Shown: positions 15,110 to 56,100 of the stretch, piece after piece | Layout of the letters: each line of letters starts with the position of its first letter | How positions within the stretch are numbered: position 1 is the stretch's first letter | Notes under the pieces: generated by a model | Databases searched by the model: none | Seen by the model: only the letters and a program-made list of their open reading frames with translations | Told to the model about the DNA's origin: nothing | Assembly: GCA_013239625.1 (NCBI GenBank) | Contig: MU053352.1 | Span: 355,485-419,484 of the forward strand | Direction of reading: 5' to 3' | DNA from: Lama guanicoe | Taxonomy: Eukaryota | DNA: 64,000 nt | Translations under genes and position numbers: made by a program

Positions 15110-15570
15110 TAATTCTTATTTTTTATTGAAGTGTAGTCGGTTTACAACACTTAGACATGTACCTAAATGTAAGAGGTTGTATTGTATACTGGTGTCTTTT
15201 TTTGTATTGAAGTAGAGTTGATTAACAATGTTGCATCAGTTTATGGAGGATAGCATAGTGATTCAGTTATGCATATATTTATATATTCTTTTCCATTATA
15301 GGTTATTATAAGATATTGAATGTAGCTCCCTGTGCTATATATTAGAACCTTGTTATTTATCTATTTTATATATAGTAGTTTGTATCTTCTAATCTCAAAC
15401 TCCTAATTTATCCCCTGCACCCCTTTCCCCTTTGGTAACTGTAAGTTTTCTATGTCTGTGAGTCTCCTTCTGTTTGTTCACTTTTGCATCATTTTGTTAG
15501 ATTCCACATGTAAGTGATATCATATGATATTTGTCTTTGTCTGACCTACTTCCTTTAGTATGATAATCTC
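15110..15570 (-). mobile_element. L1 3'UTR fragments
   Basis: Antisense L1 3' end (gattccacatgtaagtgatatcatatgatatttgtcttt). Confidence 0.75.
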
Positions 15571-15667
15571 ACCACACACTGAGCCTGGGCTTTAAAAGGG
15601 TCATTCCAGAAATGGTCTCTGGAAAACAAAAGTAGAAATCTGTTTTCTCAAAACTTGCTTGGCTGCA

Positions 15668-16227
15668 ACCTGCACCCCAATTTTCATAGCAGCACTATTT
15701 ACAATAGCCAAGACACGGAAACAGCCCAAATGTCCATCAACAGATGCCTGGATAAAGAAGATGTGGTGTATTTATACAATGGGATACTATTCAGCCATAA
15801 AAACCAACAACATAATGCCATTTGCAGCAACATGGATGTTCCTGGAGAATGTCATTCTAAGTGAAGTAAGCCAGAAAGAGAAAGAAAAATACCATATGAG
15901 ATCGCTCATATGTGGAATTACAAAACAAAAAGAACATAAATACAAAACAGAAACAGACTCATAGACATAGAATACAAACTTGTGGTTGCCAAGGGGGCAG
16001 AGGGTGGCAAGGGACAGACTGGGATTTCAAAATTTGTAGATACTGACAGGCATATGCAGAATAGATAAACACAGGGAAATATATACAAGATCTTGTGGTA
16101 GCTCACAGCAAAACAAAAATGTGACAATGAATATATGTATCTTCGTGTATAACTGAAAAATTGTGCTCTACACTGAGAATTTGAAATTGTAAAATGACTG
16201 TAACTCAATAAAAAAAAGTTAAAAAAA
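15668..16227 (+). mobile_element. Young 5'-truncated L1 with perfect 18-bp TSD
   Basis: ORF2 end TPIFIAALFTIAKTRKQPKCPSTDAWIKKMWCIYTMGYYSAIK, AATAAA and A-tail. TSD aaaacttgcttggctgca at 15650-15667 and 16228-16245. Confidence 0.93.
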
Positions 16228-16367
16228 AAAACTTGCTTGGCTGCAGTACAAGCCAGAGAGAAAATGGAGAAATGTTCATGGAAAAAACTGAAAAAAAAAA
16301 TCAGTAGGTTGTGTTTGGTTTTGGTTTCCCAGATATTTTCTTTTTATTGATGTATAGTTTACCCCCT

Positions 16368-16525
16368 GGACATAGGATATAGGTCTGTGGTAGAGTACAT
16401 GCCTAGCATGCACAAGGTCATGGGTTTGATCCTCAGTATCTCTGTTAAAAATAAATACATAAATAAATAAATCTAATTACCTCCCCACCAACATAAATAA
16501 ACAAACAAACAAATAAGGAGATAAA
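16368..16525 (+). mobile_element. Camelid tRNA-derived SINE
   Basis: ggatataggtctgtggtagagtacatgcctagcatgcacaaggtcatgggtttgatcctcagta followed by an (AAAT)n tail. Confidence 0.8.
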
Positions 16526-16539
16526 TTTTTTAAAAAAAT

Positions 16540-16853
16540 TCACTTATTGCCAAAAAGTGCTAACCATCATCTGAGCCTTCAGTGAGTCATAATCTTTTTG
16601 CAATGGTAACATCAAAGATCACTGACCACAGGTCACCAGAACAAATACAATAATAATGAAAAGTTTGAAACATTGTGAGAGTTACTAAAATGTGACACAG
16701 AAACAGGAAATGAGCAAATGCTGTTGGGAAATGGCCCCAACAGACTTGCTCGGAGTAGGGTTGCCACAGAGCTTCAATTTGTTTAAAAAAGGAAAAAAGC
16801 ACAATATCTGCGAAACACAATAAAGTAAAGTTCAATAAAATGAGGCACGTCTG
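16540..16853. mobile_element. Tigger1-family DNA transposon 3' part
   Basis: aacatcaaagatcactgaccacag..., gggttgccacag..., ending aataaaatgaggcacgtctg (Tigger1-type terminus). Confidence 0.75.
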
Positions 16854-16899
16854 CAATAATTTACATACGATATTTGGTTGTAAACAGTCAAAGAGATTT

Positions 16900-18200
16900 A
16901 TCACGTCCGTGCATGGGAGGCTCATTATTGTTAAAATGTCAATTCTCCTCAAATTGATCTCTGATTTCAACAGAATCCCAATCAAAATCTCACTAGACTT
17001 TTTTTTTTTTTGCTGAAATTGACTGTTTCCAAATTTTTTTATGGAAATGCAAAGGACCTATCTATAAAAGCCAAAACAATCTTAAAAGAGAAGAACAAAG
17101 TTGGAGAATCCATGCCACCTGATTCAAGATTTTTAATTAAAGTGACAATAATTAAGATAGATCAATGGAACAAATGGAGATCTTTGAAACTCAGAAATAG
17201 ACCCACGCACGTGTGTTCAGTTCATTTTAACAAAGATGCCAAGCAACTCAATAGGGAAAGGAAAGTCTTTTCAGTAATAGTATTGGAACAATTGGATAAA
17301 TGTATAGAAAAACATTCATACACATAAACTAAGATGAAAATAGCTGTCCAATTCTCTCTCACAAAGCAGGTACAAAAATCCTAAACAGAATACTAGCAAA
17401 TTGAATCCAGTGATAGATAAAAAGGATAACATACAATAACTAGCAATGCAAGATTGATTTTAAAAATGAAAATCAGCAGAGTATGACCGTTCTGATTCCT
17501 CCACATCCTCATCAACACTTATTATCAACTGACTGTTTCTGTGTATGTGGTAAAATATTGTTTTGCACAGCAGCTGTACCATTTACATTTCTACCAGCAA
17601 TACACAAAAGTTCTGATTTTTCCAAATCTTTACCAACACTTGTGATTTTTTTCCTTTTTTCTTTTTTTGATAATAGCCATCCTAATGGGTGTGAAATTGA
17701 TATCTCATCGTGATTCTGATGTGCATTTCCCTTATGACTAGTGATGTTGAGCATCTTTTATTTGCCATTTGTGTATCTTCTTTGGAGAAATGTCTGTTCA
17801 AGTCCTTTGCCTATTTTTGAATTGGGTTATTTGGGATATTTTTTGTTGAGTTTTAGGAATTCTTTATATATTCCGGATACTAGACCCTTATCAGATACGT
17901 GGTTTGTGAAAGTCTTCCCATTCTCTGGGTTGTCTTTGCACTTTATTGATCGTGTCCTTTGATGCACAAAACCTTTTATTTTGATGAAATCCAATTTATC
18001 TTATTTTATTGTTGCCTGTGCTTTTGGAGTAATATCCAAGAAATCATTGCTGAATTCAATGTCATAAAAACTTCCCTTGTTTTCCTCTAAGAGTTTTATT
18101 GTTTTAGTTCTTAGCTTTAGGTCTTTGATCCATTTTGAGTTAATTTTTATACATGGTCCACTTGATTATTTTGCATGTGGATAATCAGTTTTCCAAAATT
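16900..18200. mobile_element. Old L1 ORF2 fragments (plus ~16900-17480, minus ~17490-18200)
   Basis: Degenerate ORF2 translation (AKTILKEKNKVG..IDQWNK) and antisense L1 (ttggagaaatgtctgttcaagtcctttgcc). Confidence 0.75.
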
Positions 18201-18600
18201 CACTTCATTTTGAAATAATCTCCCCCTCCCAGCTTTTTTTCTTTCCCCCTGGTTTTGAGTTACCTATTCTTAATTGAATAGTAAAACCAATTCTATACTC
18301 CCCTCCTCCACACTTCAGACATGAAAACCAGAGGGAAGTGTCTCCACTCCGACAGGAAAACTGAGGACTGTTAGGCTCCCTGTAAAGTCTGGTTATGCCC
18401 TAGAAAGGCAAATGGCTGAAAAGGAAAAATGTTTAGATCATGGGTTTTGGAATCAGCGATATGTGTTCAAATTCCAGCTTTTCTCTTTTTATAGCTGTGT
18501 GCCCTTGAGCATCCTCGTTAACATTCTTGGACTCGGGTTTCTCTATCTTTAAAATGGGAATAATTCTCAGGGCTAGATGCCGGTCTCTAGTCTCTGCCCA

Positions 18601-18604
<4 letters not shown>

Positions 18605-18651
<47 letters not shown>
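18605..18651 (+). repeat. Pure poly(A) tract, 47 nt
   Basis: Uninterrupted A run ~590 bp upstream of the PISD ATG. Confidence 0.95.
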
Positions 18652-18655
<4 letters not shown>

Positions 18656-19238
18656 GATACTTTTGAAAACTCCCCTAAACCTAAAGATCAGGAATCCTTG
18701 AAGGAGAACGCGCCATCACACCTAGCATCTCTTTTGACGGCTAGTTGCATTTCTGGGTAATCCAAGACCTTTGGTCTCTGGTCTCTGGGCGATGGGAGTA
18801 AGAATGAGACACCATGCATGCAAAGTGATGAGCACAGAGTCTGGCACTTAGGAAGCGCTTAATCAATGGTAGCTGAGTCGTGGATGCTCTCAGTTCTCCC
18901 AACCGTAAAATGAGCGAATTACTCAGCTGGTCAATTCTCGGACCTTGGGTGAGTCAGATTTTCCAGGCACGTGCGGATGCGCAGGGCGCAGGGAAGTAGG
19001 GCTGGCTCCATTGCGCTCAGGCCCAAGTTTACCACCGTCCGCCCCTCCCCAACCTAGCTGAGCAGGTGCCGGAAGCGGCAGGCTGCTGAGTAACCGGGAA
19101 AACAGCTGAGACAGCTCCGTCCCCTGCACTCCCCGCTCCTCATTGGCCCCACGCGCTCGAGGCTCGTGACGTCACGCGCGCGCGCCCCGCGTATCAGAAG
19201 GGGGTGTGTCCCGCGGAGGAGGAGGAGGAGGAGGCAAG

Positions 19239-49002
<29,764 letters not shown>

Positions 49003-50075
49003 AGCCTCTTTCCTGGCCACGGCTGCTACGGGGTCTTTTCCAGAGAAGCGTGTTCTGAGGAGGACCTCCGAGGCTGTCTGGGGAAGGGACTGTTGAGTCT
49101 GACCAGGCAGGACCTGGGTGACTTGTGTCTCTGCTGCCCAGGGGTGCAGACAAGGTCATCAGAGCCCTTGGCATGCCCCTAGACCAGTGTTGTCCCCTTT
49201 CCCACCTGAAGACAAAGTGCAGGCTGGGATGGTCTCACATTTCCTCTTGGAGATACTTTCTAACAAACATGTCATATAAACTAGAGACCCGACCTCTCCT
49301 GGCCGAGCATTCAGTTGGTCTTGATTTCCATTCTGAGATAAGTGGTAGTACCGTACCTTCTTGCTGCTCCTCCCAGCACTGCTTTTTGGCCTCCCTTGCA
49401 CGGGGTGAGGTGCCTCCCAGCACTGACTGTGGGTCCTCGCTGTCCCCGAGCGGGGCCATGGGGCCTGGAATGCAGCCGCTTCCTATTCCCAAATTTGCCC
49501 CACCCTGCTTGTTGGGAAAAAATGTCTTTTCTCTCCGCACTTGTGGCTGAACTCTGCCAGCAACCCCCCAACTGTGCCAGCAGTTTAGGGGTGGCCACTA
49601 ATGGGTCGGTGCTTTGCAGGCCCTGATGACTTCTGGAGCTGGTTCGTCCTCTTTCTAGTGGGCAGGACCCATGATTAAACCCGCTCAGGGGTGTTTCCAG
49701 TGACTGGGGCAGGCGGTGGTGGCCCAGCTGGGGTCAGGGGAGAGCCTGTGTCCCCTCCCTATATCCAGACCTACATAAAATATGGGAAAGTTGCTGCTAT
49801 AGACTCAGCGGCGTGTGTTGGAGGTAGAACCTTGGTCTGTCTGGTATGTGTGGTGGGGGAGGGGGGAGGGAAATGTCAGTGCCTAGAAAACCTGTCCCCA
49901 GGTAACAGGTACGCAGTCCTTGGGGAGCCACTGATGGTGGGGACAGGGCCAGGTTTCATGTTTCCTGGGGACGCTGTGAATTTCTCCTGCAGGAGAAGCC
50001 ATTTGAACTTTTTCAACTGTATCAGTAGCACTGTATTTTTGTATGAAAAGTGGGAGACTTCTGAACAGTGATTCA

Positions 50076-50081
50076 TTTAAT
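50076..50081 (-). terminator. SFI1: Probable SFI1 poly(A) signal ATTAAA
   Basis: tttaat on the plus strand, ~75 nt after the SFI1 stop. Confidence 0.65.
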
Positions 50082-50094
50082 TGCAACATTTTGC

Positions 50095-50100
50095 AATAAA
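50095..50100 (+). terminator. PISD: PISD poly(A) signal AATAAA
   Basis: First AATAAA after the stop (~1.1 kb UTR), with a GU-rich element downstream (ctttgcgttctgtt). Confidence 0.8.
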
Positions 50101-50155
50101 AAAAAATTCATTGCAGCTTTGCGTTCTGTTCCTGGATGTGGGCCCAGGGTGATGA

Positions 50156-53100
50156 CTAGTACAGAGCCTGCCGCAGGGCCTGGACACGAGCAATGCAGGC
50201 ACGGATGGGCTGGCGCTGGGCCCGGAGCTCGGAGGCTAGCTGTTGGATCTGCAGCTCCACCTGGGGAGGGGAGAGGTGGGCCAGACTGAGAGGAAGGACA
50301 GCCCAGAGCTGTCCCATGGTGCTTGGAGTCTTACCTCCTGCAATTCTTCATGCACCTGCTGCTCCGCTTCCTGGTCCTCGGGCCTGGACTCCTCCCGACT
50401 CAGCTCCAGCCACCGCCTCAGGCTGCTTGCTTGCCGCTGGCAGGACCTGGGGGAAGGATGCACCTGCTGCCTGGCTGGACCCCAGGCAGAGCCTCTGGCT
50501 TGGGGACAAGCACACCAATTACTTGTGGTGTGGGTGGAGGGAGAAAGGCTCCCATTCCCTCTCCCCCACTCCACTCGTCTTCCCTGCACTGAGCTGGCTG
50601 CCTGGGACCCACGTGCTTCCCTCCCTCGTCCCTCCTGCTCACATTGAGGGTCTCAGGCCTGGGCGTGGGGAACACAGGCCTTGCTCCCAGACCCCAGGCA
50701 AGGGCAGTTAAAAGCTTCATCCTGCATCACAATCACAACCGCTGGGTAGACACCAGCTTCCACATGACAGGCTTAAAGTTTTGCTCAGCTTTTCCCGCAG
50801 GTAAAGCTCACCTGGGCCTTCCTGAGCAGGACTGAAGGGGAACGGTGCCGCCTGCGTGGGGGCCGGCAGGTATTTCTGGGTCTCACCTGAGGTTCTGCTT
50901 CGTGGTCTGGTAGTCCTGTAGTTGCTGCTGGATGCCCTCTAGCTCAGCCTCCAGGCTGGAGTGACTGGTGGCAACAGGCAGACAAGCTTGATCTTCACCA
51001 TCCTGCCTGCTGGGCCCAGGATGAAACCAGGGATCCGTGGTGCCCGGAGTGGCCCGAGTGCTTGAGGCACCGACAGGCCTCAGGTGCACACCCACAGCAT
51101 CACAGCCACCAGGCCTGGCTGTGAAGTCCCCAGGAAGGAGCAGACGGGGTTTGGGGACACCAGCCAGGGATGGAGAGGCCTGGGGCGTTGGTCGTGCTGA
51201 CACCTGTAAAGGAAAGACAGACACTGAGCAGGGAAGCTGGGAGGAAGGCGGGGAGGGAGCCCTGCGGCACCAGGAGCTGGAGTTCCCCACACCAGCCACA
51301 GCTCACCCCTTCGGCACCTGACACCAGTGGAGAGAGTCCCACAAGCAACCAAGGGACACCTGCTCCTCTGTGGTCCGGCCCCACCACTTCCCCAGAGCCT
51401 GGCTTAGCACCACCTAAGCCGCTGTTTCAAGCCCTACTGACTCCTTCACCCCTGCAACGCCCCTAGCTAAGACCTAGCACTTAAGTGAGGAAAGTGGTCA
51501 GAGGCAACTATTCCTGTGCAGGCACAGCTACAATTTTCCTCCTTCCCTCCCAGTGACGGTGCTGCCTGGTGGGAATGGCCTCTCCTGTCCCCCACTCCCT
51601 CATCACCCCCACTGAGGTCGAAGCTCCTCAGACACCAGCTCCCTGGAGGGCACAGGCCCCCGCTGCCCTTCTGTGACCGCACACTTGTGCCTTCTCACAC
51701 CTCCCTGCCCGGACTCTGACTCCTGCGTCACAGGCCCCCGAGTCATGGCCCCATTGGTTCTCAAGAGGTCACCTCAACCTGTGCTGCTGATTCTGAGTTT
51801 TGATCTCCAGCCCTGACCTTGTCCCTCAAGGCCATACTCAGAATCCATCACTTTTATCTCGAATCTGACAGGTTCAAGACAGACTCTTCATGCTTCACCC
51901 CACTGGGTCCCCACCCCCAGTCTTTCCTCTCACAGTAAAAGAACATTAGTTTCTGAGTTATTCAGGCCAGAAACCCAGGAACCATCCTGGATTCCTTCTT
52001 TTCCTCTCAAACACATCAGAGCAAGTCCTACCTAGTCTGTCTCCCATGACATCTACAACCACCACCTCCGTCCCAGCCACAAGCATCTCCTGCTGGACCA
52101 GAGCACAGCAGCCACCATCCTCCACAACTTCCTGTTCTTAAAATCCAAACTTCTCACCAGGGCCTGCACGACCCTCCGTGATCTGCACTCTCTTCATCTG
52201 TCTGCATGTAGTTTTTTTGTCTCCACCTCCAGGACGTAAGCTCACCAGCCCAGGGGCTGCTCACTGCTGTGTCCCTGGGACCGTGGTCTCCCTGCATCTT
52301 CCTGAGCCCAGAGTGTTCCAGAAGCAATGAGTATAGCTGCAGTTACAGCACCAAGCGCACAAAAACGAGCACTAGCCCTAAAGCCAGACCGAAAAGCAGG
52401 GACCCAGGTGACGGGGGACTTACCCTGGCAGGTGCTGCAGCCTCACTGGGCAGGAAGGAGGGAGGGGGCAGCTGCTCCCAGCCTGCACTCACTACAGGGG
52501 GCAGCTTCAGGCCAGGCGCACTTGGCAGGGGGCTGCCTGGGTCCAGGGCTGTCCGGGCCTTTGCCAGGAAGGGCGTCGTCAAGCAAGGGCCTGCTGGCTG
52601 GACCACGCCGAGACCACGGTCCCACAGTGCCTCAGGCCTGAGCAGAGGGAAGGCAGGCGCTGGAAGCAGGAAGGAAAGGGGGCCACCCACCCTACAGCCC
52701 CAGAACCACACAACCTACCCCTGTCTCTTGAGGGTGCCGTGCCCCAGGGGCGTCTGGCTCTGCAGGGGCTCCAGCAGGAAGTTTGGGCGTCGAGGCTGCT
52801 TCCTCGCCCAGCGGGCAGCATTGCTGGGACGAAACACAGGCCGTTCACCCAGGCTGCCCAGGGGCTGCTGGGAGCCTGAGACCTCTGTGGGGTGGGGTCA
52901 TCCAGTCCGAAACCTTCAATCTTAAAACGGAGACTTAAGGCCGGAGAAGGAAAGGCTCTTGCCCCAGAGCCCACTGAACTAGTAACTCCACTGATGAGAG
53001 CCGGCACCTCTGGACGCCCTACCCGTGTTGCCTCCTCTGACCTCTAAGGCAACACAGGCTCCCCTTAGGGTTGGCCCTTGTCAGCTGCATCAGCACAGCA

Positions 53101-56100
53101 TGTGGGGATGGGGCAGGGGCCAGGTCACAAAGGAGTGGGGTTCCAGACAGGGTGCCTGTTTCCTGGCTGTAGCAGAATTAAGTGGGGAGGCCACCAGGTC
53201 CTGGGGTGGGAGGGGGACTGCTCCACAGCCATGACCCTCAGGACTCGGCGTCCTCCTTCCAAGCTCTGGCCCAGGTGGAAGTGCAGAGGCAGGGGTGAGG
53301 GATGGGCTACTCACAGCTCCAGGAGTTGGGGGTCCCCGGCGGCCGATGCCAGGCTGCCTGGAGCTCCCCGAGGCCCACGAGGAGCTGGTGGCCTCTTGAT
53401 GTCCAGGGAAGCATCCCCAGCCCCAGTGGCAACATGGCTGGGAAGGGGACCCTCAAAGGTCACTCTTCTGCTGGACACAGTGGATGTGGGGGGCCGAGGC
53501 TCCCGGCCTAGGCCCAGTGCCTTCTGTTTCCAGAGCATGGCACAGCGATGGACTGTGCGGTGGAGACTGTGGGCCGCCTGCAACCAGCCTCTGGTCAGGT
53601 CATGCTGACCCTGCCTGCCCCGACAGAGGGGTCGGGGGACACCCTGGGCCTACCTGCACCTGCTGCTGGGCGTGCAGCTGCTGCCGGAAGGCCTTCGTGC
53701 CAGCTGCGAATCGCAGGAGGCGCGTGATGCCCTCCCGGAGGAGCTGCTGGTGGTAGACCTGCACCGCCCGCTCCTGCCGCGCCGCCTTCCTCCTCCTCTC
53801 TAGCACGAAGCCCAGCCACGCGGTCCACACCTCCAGGAGAGGAGGAGGTGAGCCCTAGCCGCCCGGCTAGGCTCCCTCAGGGGATGTGCCCACACCACCC
53901 CCGAAGGCAGGTCCTCTCCTGGGACGGGAGCCCTGTTACCTTTGCCTGTAGTGAGAAGGCCCAGAACCACAGGGCTCGCGCCGTGTCCTGCTGCTCCCGC
54001 CTCCTGTACACCAGCTGCTGGCCAGGAAGGAAATACCACCACGTGGCTTGGTCACTCTCAGACCCCACTCTGGTCAGGCGCTGCCCTCCCTCCATGAAAG
54101 GGCCCAGCCCTGCCTGGCCCTGTGGAGGGGATCAAGGAAACTCCTCTGGGAAGAACAAAGGCAAAGAGCTGTGGAGTCGGGAGCTGGGGCTGTGGTGGGC
54201 TCCAGGAGGAAAGCTGGGATGGCGCTGCAGGAGAGGAGAAAGGGGCCTCCTGCGAGGAAGCTTCACCCAGCAGGACGCAGGCCCGCCCGGGGTTTTATCA
54301 AGGCCTCAGCGAAGACCTAAAATGCATTTCTTATTCATTTTTGGACATTACCCTGGTTATGTTTTCAATGTGACACTAGAAACAGTGATTTCAAGTGACC
54401 TGGCCTTAAGCAGGTCACAAGTGAAGGAAGCTGGTGGTGCCAGGAAGTGACTAGGGGTAGCAGGAGCCCTGGGAAGAGGGCAACGTTAGAAACTAGATTT
54501 GAACTAGAGGCGTGGGCTCAGGACGCAGAGGAGGTGGGGGGGCTTCTCCAAGCTCCCACCTGTTGTCTCCACCGGCGGAAGCAGGCCCGGCTGAGTGTCC
54601 GGGCCAGGAGTCGGGCGGCCTGCCTCTGAAGGAGCTGCGGAGAGAGTGCGTACAGGGATCTGTGTGCCCGAGCGGTCAGGTGCCCAGAGCACCTGGGGAC
54701 AGCACAGGGTGAGAGGCTCCAGGCCCATGTGAACTCCTCCCACCGCCAGGGCCAAGGGCCTCCTGACCAGCAGGGGCGTCCAGGTGCCTCTGTAGGTCGC
54801 CAGGGCCTGACAGGCCATGGTTCACAGCAAGCCAGGTCCCCTGCTGAGCCATCTTCCACCTGGGCAGATGGAACCCCGGCCTTCACTAAGCACCCAGAGA
54901 GGCTCCTGCAGCCTTGTGCCCGCAGGACCCCAACCACCTAGCATCCACACTTGGCTGCCACGAGTTCTGCAGGAAGGACCTTTTCTCCCCAGACGCTGTC
55001 TCCCGCCCAGACAGCCCTGCCGCACAGGCGAACTGGGAGCTGCTGCCCGCCTCACCCGCTTCCTCATGCAGCCCAGGTGGTGAGCCTTCCACCGGGCCAG
55101 GGCCTGGAGCAGCAGCTGCCGGCGGTGATGCTGCGCCGCCCTCTCCAGCCGGACCCTCCGCTGGGCCGCCCTCTGGCCGCGGTCCCACCAGCGCCGAAAC
55201 CAGGTCCTGAGAGAGCCTATGGCAGATGTGAGGCAGCTGCTCTCTGGGAGGATTTACAGGGACGACCACGCAAGGGTGACAGCTGCAAGGACCATGTGGA
55301 GATCCAGCCGGGGTGTCAGCCCACGCCTGGTGAGACCACCACATGTGGACAGCGGCCAATCTGAGGATAGCTCTGGCCATCTTCAGCAACTACGCACACC
55401 CTTACCGGCTGGCACCAGGTCTGCTGTTTACCGCTGTGCCCCCTCAGGGCCCCCAAGCCATAAACCTGTCCACAGCGACTATGGGTGTGCCAGGGCCCTG
55501 CAGAAACCACAAGACGCGAGAAGACCCAGGTCTGAGGGAGTGGGAGGCGGCAGCCCTGCTCTGTCTGGAAGGAAACAGGCTCAGAGGGCCAGGTGGCCCC
55601 AGGCCACATCCTGCACTGTGTCTGTCACCAGATTCTCTCAAGGGAACAAGCACTTTCTTCTGCTAACTTTCTTCCTTTTAAATTTTCCCTTTCCTTCAGC
55701 CCTGACAGAAGTTTCTTTTAGAGACAACAGGAGAGGGTTGACCCCAGGGCACTGAGGCCAAGACGGGGTGTCCTCCCGGACCCGTCTGGAGGCCAGGTGT
55801 GGGTACCAAGCGTTGCTGTTTCCTGGGCTCTGCTCTAAGTGCGGATTTATTGGCTTCACTGGACCCTCATGACCTACCCAAGAGGCAGGTACTATTATCT
55901 CCATTTACAGATGGAGAAACTGAGGCTCAAAGAGGAGGCCGTGCCCAAGGTCACGTCGCCAGCGCCCGGCCCACCTGCACCTCTCAAGCACTGTGTTCAG
56001 CACAAGTGTCCACGACTCCTTGCCTGCTCTCCAGCACCCAGCCCACCCTGGCCCTGGACCGCTGAAGTGTGCCTGAGACCCAGAGGCCTTAGTTAAGCCG

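Noticed and set aside
18527..18760. Poly-Lys ORF; likewise the poly-CV/HT ORFs near 40180
   Set aside because: Translations of the poly(A) and (TG)n repeats.
52824..52884. Longer SFI1 exon using the acceptor at 52885
   Set aside because: Phase is incompatible with the upstream phase-2 donor at 53314; the acceptor at 52824 restores EL|NAA.
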